From an uncultured bacterium (GTDB lineage Bacteria > Omnitrophota > Omnitrophia > Omnitrophales > Aquincolibacteriaceae), in the NCBI GenBank assembly GCA_964389345.1, contig CAYMER010000070.1:1-35162 (forward strand): 35,162 nt of DNA. The letters are read 5' to 3'. Under the pieces are notes generated by a model. It was not told the origin of the DNA. It saw nothing but the letters and a program-made list of their open reading frames with translations, and did no database searches. Both the position numbers and the translations under genes were made by a program. Shown piece after piece: positions 24,001-33,000 of the stretch. Position 1 is the first letter of the stretch. Each line of letters opens with the position of its first letter.

Positions 24001-27000
24001 GGTCGCGCAGGATATCGAACGCGATCTCAACGCGGGACCTGGGTTGGCGTGGAGCCGGCGCCTCTTTGTCGCGGGATCCGGCATCTCCTTGACCGCTCCC
24101 AAGCCCGACCTCATTCACGCGCACTGTTATGGAAGCGCTTCCGCTGATCTGAATAGAAACGGCGGCATTCGGACCTGACACAGCCACCCTGACCAGATCC
24201 CCTCTTACTTCGGAGCGAGAATCGACAACATCCTGGCGGGGCGCACGGTTTACAGCAGACGCGCGCGAGACATCAAAGGCATTGCGGACCACGTGGACCA
24301 GAACGGTGTTTGGAACCAGGAAGAATTCGGCAAGCCCGCGGTCGTTGATGGCATCGACGTCCTGCCCGGAACGGTTTTCGCTGCGGCGGGGAGTGAACAT
24401 GATGTTTTGGATGTTCCGGACAAGCTGGCTGTTGGTCATGGCTGCGATCCCGAGGACCGTGGAACCGGTCATTTGTTCCAAATTCCGCACTGCTTGCGCC
24501 GGCGTGGCGATGCGAGGCGTTTCGATATGAAGGGTTTTCCCCTGTGCACGCGTATGACCCAGCCCGTCCCGCGTCTGGATCCGCGCCCTGATCTGGAAAA
24601 GGATCCGGTCAACGGCGATCTCCAGACTGGCCAAAGCCCCTTCGACCACCGGTTCCCACGCGACCAGCTGGGCGTTGATCCGTTGGATGAACGCCGGCAC
24701 GAAGAAAAGAATGATCCCGGACCGTGTAAGGTCGGTCCCAAGTCCTTGAAGAGTTCTTAAAAGACCGCGGCGGAAATCATGTTCGTGGAAGGTGGATATC
24801 AGGAAGACGTCGTCGGGTCCCTCCGCGAGGTCGATTACCGGCGTCCCGATGCCCAGTTTGACCACCAGAAGCTTGGCGCTTTCGAGACTCGCCTGGGTGT
24901 TCGCTAGGCCCGAATCGCGCGCAAGTTCCTCGTTCAGAAGGAAGAAGAACGGATCAAAATCGACAAAAACATCAGGATTGTTCTCTGCCGGTCCTCCTTC
25001 CCACACTTGCAAAATCCCGCGGATGTGCCGGATAAACGACTGGAGGACGATCAGCCCGACCCGATCCCCTCCCGAACGCAAGAGTCCCTCGATCCGGTCA
25101 TTAAGGGCCTCGAGCTTTGCGCGAAGGGTCGCGGCATTCTCTTTTGTGATCTTTTCCCCGGATGCATGAAGAATATTCAGGATCTCTCTCGTGGCCGGAA
25201 CAAGGATCTGCTCCATTTCCCTCATTTCACTCCGGACCGGGGCGGCGGGAACTGCGCTGAGTTCGCGCGGACGGATCGGGAGCGGGGTTTTGAGGTTTTC
25301 GGCGAATTCCGTCTGCAGCATACGCTCAACGACCGGGACTGCGCGCAGAAGACCGGCCTGGATCGTTTCGAGCGGGATCTGACGGTCATAGATCCAATCA
25401 AAAACGGGCTGAAGCATTTTGGAAGAGCTCTCGGTCCGGGAGATCACTCTGCTGATCACTTCGTCCGAGATCTCTCCGTTTTTCAATGCTGAGAGAACCC
25501 GCGCCACCGCTGTTCTTTTCTGATCCGTGATCCTTTTCCTCATATTCCCGGCGGAGTAGAAGATCTCCCCGACGATTTCTTTCCCCAAGACCTCCCAAAG
25601 GACCAGCCGCTCATAGATCGTGGCATTGGTAAAAAGATACCGGCCCTTCGCCCTTCCTTCATAGGCGCCCCAAAAAGCATCCACAAGCGATTGGATCGTC
25701 TGACCTTCTTCAAGAGTTTCTGGAATCTGCGGCAAGGTGGCCCGTTGGATGCTGCTTCTCCATTGAGGGGCGACGTACATTTTATCAGGCGCCTTGGTTT
25801 GAAGTCCTTCGCGCTCAATAGTCTCGATCGCAGCCGCGGCCCGTTTCATGGTTTCCGGCCAAATCCGCCGCAAAGCCGCCCACGCGATCGCCCTCTCCCG
25901 GGCCTTATCCGCTTCTGTTTGCTGCTCTTGTTGAAGAGAAGCGGCATTCTGTTCTTCGTCGGCGAAACGGATCGGCATTCCCATTGCTTTGCTGGCGTTC
26001 AAAAAATATCTGCTGCCATTTTTTTCTCCGTCAAAACGGATCTCGATGAAAGGTTCTTTCCCATGGCCAAGGGATTCGACGACCCCGACTTTCCCGTTCC
26101 GCGTCACACGTACTCCGGGCTCGATCCCTTTGAGGTTCCGAGGCACTTCGTTCCCCACCCGGATCTCCGAACGAACGTTTGAACGTTGTAAACTCGTTAC
26201 ATAATTTTGATAAGTGGCGACAAAAGCCGCGGCTGCGGCAGCCGTGCCGGCGCCCGTCAAAAAGGAACGGGCAATGGCCTGAAAATCCGCGGCGTCGCGG
26301 ATTTTCAAGGAACGGAACCCCTCGGCCGTTCCTTTCGAGATCTTCGTGAGCATTACAATATTCTTGGCCGCGGCCTCGAGCGCGATCTGCTTCTGATGCG
26401 CTTCCTGGATGGTTTTACCGCCTGTGATCGCGCCGTGCTTGGCAAGGAGAAGCGTCGGGTGGCTTTTGGCAGCCTCTCCGACAGCCACGGCAAGAGGCGA
26501 AAGCCCGGCAGCATAGTAATCAATGGCGGCCACTTCTTTCCCGGGTTCCCCAAGGGATGCTATGAGGGCTTTCCTAAGTTCTGCGATCTGTTGATTGATG
26601 CCGCGCAAAACCGGAGACATGTCGATCATCTCCTTCATCTGCTGATCCAGAATTTCGTCGCGTTCCGCCTGTAGCGCGGCAATGCGGGTGGCGAGCGCCG
26701 TACAATAGATCGGATGCCCGTGTTCAAGCGCAAAAGCTTCGGGCCTTGCCCGGTAATAGGCCAAATGGAACATGGTTTCAACGCTGGGTCTTGCGGAATC
26801 ATTCTTCCCGGGAAAACCTTTGACCTGTTCGCCGGTCACGGCATCAACCACGACATAGTCCTCAGCCCCCATGATTTCTTTTGCTTTACCGCTCGCTTTA
26901 ATAATCATGAACCGCCGGTCGGCGGTCAGCGCGCTGATATTGCCGCCCGGCCCGTCCACCATCCTGCGCGCGGCCATATCCCGTCCCACTTCAAGCAGAT

Positions 27001-30000
27001 CTTTGCTACGATCATTGATCTGTCCGGTATATTTCAGAACCTCTTCGGCAGTCGCTTGCCTGCTCGGATAGGCCTTTGCCGTCTTGAGAGCTTCAAGATC
27101 ATGGCTCAATTCGGCTTGCCGCAACCGTTCGACGCCATCGAGCATCAGGACTTGGAAATCATCAAGCTCTCCGACCGTCCCGAGAGTTTCTTCGGCACCA
27201 AAAACTTCGACAAGGCTTCGCGTAGTCTTGCCCCTGAAACGAGCCTCGAGTTCGTTTGTGCCGATCGTGATCGTGCCTTCGAGTGTCAGGACCGTGGAAT
27301 GCTCTTTCAGCGCCGCAATGACTTCGTTTACCGCAGCGTTGCCTTGTGTTCTGACGACTGGAATATAACCTTTCTCGTTCAACACGGCGATCTGTTCAGG
27401 CACCAATCTGCGGAATGTCTTGCCTGCTTCCGCAAGCCGGGCCGCATTCGAATCCTTATACTGGAGCACCCACGAGCTCTTGTTTTTCCCCTCTCTAGGA
27501 TCGGTCTGGTAATGTCCAAGATGCATTCTGAAATTCACATCTGCGATCGATGCCGCATCCGTCTTGATAGAAGCTTGGACCATCTTGCGGTCCGCGGCAT
27601 CTATATAGAAGACCGTATCACCGTCGCGGTAGCTGACCTTCGGAATCTCAAGACCGTTCGCCTCATATTTTTCGATCAGGGCCAGCAGAAGTTTCTCGGT
27701 AAAAATCACTGCGGCGGCCGCCGGAGACATTTCCACGGCAGGCTCTTGGACTCTTTGACGGACCTCTGACCGATTGCCTGTTGCGGCGAACAAGGCGCTC
27801 CTTTCGCCCTCTTGTTTCAGAAGCCGGTTGTGCTGTCCCCAAATAGACCGCAAGGCTTTGAGCTCAAGTTGCCGCGGTCGCTCACGGCTTAACAATCCTG
27901 CTTTTCCGTCCGCGCGATGAAGGAGCTCCCCTACTTCCTCAAACGTTAAGAAGGAATCGGGGCGATAAGGGTTCCGATGCTGAAGGATGATCCGCTGATT
28001 TTCGGTCAGCGTTGTCATCTTGGGCAGGACTGCCGACTCAAAAATAGGGTCTTGTAAAAGCGCATAAACTCTTTTCTTAAAATCCAAAACATCCTGCCCG
28101 ATCCGGACTTTTCCCGTCCTTGCTTCTGAACGAGAACGGCGCGTCTGGGACGACGTCGCGGGGGTAATGACAACATTGGAGCCGTCAAAACTAAGGACGC
28201 CTGCTTTTTGAATGATGATGCGCGGACCGATCCACACGTCATCTCCTTCGGGCAATGGCTGATCCGGAACGATCGGCTCGTTTTTGGCTTCGATCTTCAA
28301 GGCAAAGACCTCGTCGCGCGAGAAGCGGAGCGCTTTCCCTCTGGCAAGAAATTCCAGCATACTGATCGCTTGCGTTCCAAGGTCTCCGGCGTTTTTTATT
28401 TCCGGAAAAACCTTTCCGTCCCGGACAACAACTTCTCCCAGTTCGATCCAGCGTTTCCCGGGGGGACTGGTGGGATCATAAAGATAGGCTGGCAAAAGGG
28501 TCTCTTCAACGCCCTGTTCTTTCGTGTATTGGGCGAAAGCCGCAGCCATCCGATCGACAACCTCAGGCAACGTTTGGATCCTTGCGGTGTACGGCCCTTC
28601 GACATTTTTGGGTAACGCCGCGAGTTTTGCGCGTCCCGGAGTTTCGCGGGCCATGGCCTCCTCCGCTCCGTCTTGCTCCGCAGTTCGATCCATATCCTCA
28701 AAAAGCGCCCGTACATTGAGAGGCCTCGCCTCCGAGCGCGCGGAACCATTGACAGGCACGCGGCGGGTCCCGGCATAGATGCGGATCTCGAGGCCGGCGT
28801 CGACCGGTGTCACCGTAGTCGTAAAATCCACGTTTTCACCAAGGACCGTCATCTCTCTCGCGAGCCTGCCCTGAATGATCTTCCAACTCGTCGCAGTGAC
28901 CGGGCCGTTAAAGACCCGGCGCTCTTGTTCATCTAGAAAAAGCACGATCCTCGTAAAAGAGTCTGTGCCGTTCGTTAAAGCCTGAATAGAATCAAAGACG
29001 GAAGCGAAACTCCCGGGATTCGCGGCAGCCTCCGTGGCCGGATCAGTCTCCGCGGGGAACCTTCGTGCCTCCGCAGGCGAATTCAGGAAGCTGCTTTTTC
29101 CGGTCCTCACCTCCGAACGGGTTCCAGCAAAAAAACGGGCGATCGCTTCGGGTGCCTGAGAAAAATCGGTGATCACAAAATAAGGTCTTTGCTCCGGAGG
29201 GAGCGCCGCGATAGCGTCCAGTTTTTTCGGATCATTCTCGCTAAAAAGGACCCCGACAACACCGGCCTCAAGCCCGTTCCGGACATCTCCGAGCGAATCC
29301 CCTTGCATCATGATCTGGCGCGGAGCAAGAGAATCCTGTTCTATAAGATGTTTCAATACAGAGGCTTTCGTCGGGAATGCCTCCGTTGCGCCGTACCGGT
29401 CCTCCGGCAGAAATAAGTCTTCGAACCCGAGTCTTGGGATCTCGGCTTTCACGCCGGCATCCGCATAACCGCTATTGACCACGAGCCGCACGCCGCGTTC
29501 TTTCAAAGCCCGGAAAAACCGCTCAGCCCCGGGGATCAAAACTCCTTCCTTTCCCAATGCCCGGATCCGTTCCAGCCTATATTGTTCCAGCTCTTGAAGC
29601 CATTCCCCGACATAGACCCGGACAGATTCTTCGACCGTGAGGGTTCTCCCTGCGGCATCTTTTTTGAGCGGCGCGCCTTGTGATAGCATCCACCTCGCAT
29701 GGTCGAAATCATTATTGGGACTTCCGAATTCATCGACATAAACCGCGACAGCCGGTTCGACCCCGGCTTTGGATTTTGCAGGATTTAAAAGGATCCGGTC
29801 GGCTAAGAATTTTTTCATGCGGTCCATCCATCCCTGTGCAGAAATAGAGAACGTGTCATCCATATCCGATGCCACGGTAGTGACTTCCAAGGACAACGGA
29901 GCGCCGGGTCGCGTCACCCGGAGCAGCCCCGGAACACCGGTCTCCTGAAAAAGATTCCTCATTGCCGCCGGAATAACGCTTTCTTTGATCTCAATCAGGC

Positions 30001-33000
30001 CGTCCTTCACTCCGTTTGCCTGAGCCACGTCATTGACCAAAGCGGCAAGCGCGGGATAATCACGTTCGAAAGCGGCAAGTAACGGTTCGAGAATTGTTTG
30101 TAACGCCTTGATCCGTTCATCGTCGAGCGGCTTTTCCGGCGAAACCATTTCCCGGATTTGCTGATCGGAAAGACCGAGGAGACCTTTTACGATAAGATTT
30201 ACAGCCCGCGCGGCCGCTCGATTGTTTCTAGCGACGATCATCTTGAGAGTTCCTGGATCCCGCATAAGCAGATACGACGTGTTCCATTTGTCAAGCGACT
30301 CGATCATGCGCCTGCTACGTAGGTCATGGGCCCGCCGGAGCGGCCTTTTCAGTTCCGATAGAGAGCGAAGCGATGATTCAAACTCTTCCCTGTTTTTCTT
30401 GAGACGCTTCACAACATCCCCCGCGTCCAGATGAGACCCTTTCCTTGCCGTCTTCTCCACCGTCTTCTCCAACGGACCGAAAGCCTTCAAGATGCGGAGC
30501 GCTTTCCGGATATTGCCTTTAAGGCTCGCAATTTTTCCTTCCCTCGCCTCCGAACGACCGATGGCCAAGCGGTTCAAGGCATCGGCGATGGCAAGGTGGT
30601 ATTCGTCATAAAATTTTCCGAGGAAATGTTTTGTTTTAGGCGGCGTTTCTTCTTCGTCCGCCGGCCCCATCTCGTTGCCATAGCCCATGTCGCGGAGCAC
30701 CTTTTCAACGGCCCTCTGAACGCTGCCGTGAAGCAAGGGAAAGACGCCGGCCGAATGAAACGTTTTGGCTAAGTCCGCGGGCGCCATCTCCGGCTCCGCG
30801 GAAAGTCTCTTGGAAAAATCGTCCGGATCGATCGTCCTCGTTTCCGCTCTTGGGGGAGATTGCCGGGCATTACTTTCAGAAGCGATCAAGGCTGTGGGCC
30901 CCGGGGCGACTGGCGCAAGAATAGCGCGGGGCTTTTTTACGTCTGTCGGCGCTTGCCTCTTGGCATCGAGGGGATCATATTCAACCAGCGTCACGTTGAG
31001 CTCGTGCCCTTCTGGAGAGGTGATCCTTAAAAGCCGGCTCAGATCGGACGACATGGATCTGATCTCCGCGGGATCGCGCGGCAGACGTTTCACCCAACGG
31101 ACATTATTACCAAAAAATTCCAGGATTTCCTGAGGATGAACCTCAAAACTGAGACTAATCGAAATGGCCGCTGAGGAATCTTTCCTTTTTAAAGTGATCC
31201 TGGGTTCTCCAAAAATTTTTACAAATTGAAGCATCCGGTACTGTTCGGGATCTTCAAAAAGATCCCCCGTCTTCGCAAGAAACTCCGTCTGGAGTCGTCC
31301 TGACCGAGAATCCGTAATCCGCCAGCCTAATTGCCAGAGAATTTTTCCGGAGGAGGCGACTGTAGAGAAAGAAGGGCGCATTTGCCGCTGAATCGTCGGC
31401 AAGCCGAAAACAGCTTTTCCGCCGTCAGGTTCCGTCCATAGAACGTAGCGGTTCTCATCTTCCGGATCGCGAGGGAAAAGCGTATTTTGCGGAGACTTCA
31501 AAAACCGGAAAAACTCGACAACACCCGGGAACTCCAGCGGATTCGCAACCAACAGAGCCGTTGCAGAGGTTTGCAGAGCGGTTTCTCCTGCATCTTCCGT
31601 TCCAGCCCTTATTTCCGATCTTGGAGGAGATTGCTTAACGCCGCTTTGCAGCGCGGCTGGCCCGTCCGGCTTTGTCGTGTCAATCGTGCGCAGCGCCCCC
31701 TCTGCCTTCGAACTGTCATCTTCTTGTGCGGGCGGCGCGCGCTTCGCCTTTGTTACCAGAAGCAGAAAGTAGAGGCCCCAGCCAAAGGCCATCCCACTGA
31801 AAAGACCGAGCGCTCTTGAAAGTAACGGAAAACCGGAAAGAACCGGGAAAACCGCGCGATAGAAAAAAATCAATGGAATCCCAAGAACAAAAGCTGCTAA
31901 AAAACCCAGAAACATCATGTTGAAAGAATCAAACCTGGTTTTTTTCTTCCCTTCTTCTGCTCCCGAACGGACCTCGGAACGTTTGTTTGTCCCAACGAAC
32001 TCGTTTTCAATGTTGTCGTCGGCAAGGATCTTACGAACGGCTTTGTTGGCGAGAGCGACGTCGCCGAGAGCTTTTTCAAGCTGGGCCTCATAACCCGGCC
32101 AAAGTTCATCAAATTGCCCCGGTCTTTCGTACGCGATCACCTGGCGACCCACTTCGCGCATTTCGGCGCGGCGAGAGGCGAGTAGCGCTTCGCCGTCGGG
32201 CAGAGTGCGGATGAAGGGGATGTCGCTTGAGGCTGAGGCACCGATGTTGCTAGCCGGTACGGCGGAAGGCGTACGGCGTCTTTGTTTTGACTTTCGCCGT
32301 ACTCCGTACGAACCGAGCAGCGATCGAATATAGTTTTTCTCATCTTCCGCCCTTATCTCACCAATATTGGGAGTAATGCCGATATAAGAACTCCCGGAGG
32401 CGGTGATCTTTTCCTTGAAACCCTCCGCGTGAAAGCCGCCGGTGATAAGAACGGCTTTTTTGTCTTTCCGTGCGCCAAGGATCTTCATGGCGTTTTGCAT
32501 CATCGCGTCTTCTCGCGTGATCGCGAGTTCGTAAAACCGGGTCGCAGCCCCAAACAAAGAAGTGATAGGCGCTAATTTGGAAGACCCGAGTTTTAGACCC
32601 GCCGCTATTTTCTCCGGTGTGATCTTTTGGGATTGAAGCTCCCGGAATTCTTTTCGGCTAAGCTCCAACTTGAAAAGTTTTTTAAGAAGGCGGTAGCGAC
32701 GAAGAATCTCGACGAGCTTCTGATCTTGCTCTGTTTTGACAAGCCGCACGGTCATTTTTTCGGTCAGGGCCCCGATCTCCTCCTGAAGCTGCTCACTTTG
32801 CAATTCGCTCAAGAGAATCAGTTGCTGAAGATAAAGCCGGAGGTTCGGGTAAGGGTCAAACGAGAAATCTTTGGGCAACTGATCGAGGAGGCGTTCGAAA
32901 ACAAAGCGGGTTTTATAGAGCGGCAGATCGCCAGCATTCTTGTGATCCAGAAGCTTTGTGATCTCCTGAAGAAGGGTTGCGGGAACCTTCCGCGCCCGGA

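Noticed and set aside
28724-30556. GGAGG strings created by RSE(A/V)R codons (for example CGTTCGGAGGCGAGG at 30542-30556 and 28724-28738, and GGAGGTGAGG at 29105-29119) as internal Shine-Dalgarno sites driving independent translation of modules.
   Set aside because: Only a subset of sites is encoded this way; others read TCTGAAGTG, TCCGAACTG, AGCGAAAAT and similar. Most lack a start codon at a suitable distance. Internal initiation cannot be excluded for individual sites such as the Met at 8633-8635, but it does not explain the motif.
31939-31945. Homopolymer tracts (A7 in the mRNA at 31939-31945; A8 at 34305-34312 just after the start of the plus-strand gene) as slippage or phase-variation switches.
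   Set aside because: The tracts are short, encode ordinary Lys-rich membrane-flanking sequence, and show no evidence of length heterogeneity. This cannot be assessed from a single sequence.
503-31981. The recurring plus-strand string (c/t)tc(c/g/a)ga(a/g)cg as a dispersed DNA repeat, CRISPR-like array or protein-binding site.
   Set aside because: Spacing is irregular, from 12 nt to 3.9 kb. Every copy is in the coding phase. The copies differ at synonymous positions, including the TCN versus AGY serine codons. Selection therefore acts on the peptide RSExR, not on a DNA or RNA sequence.
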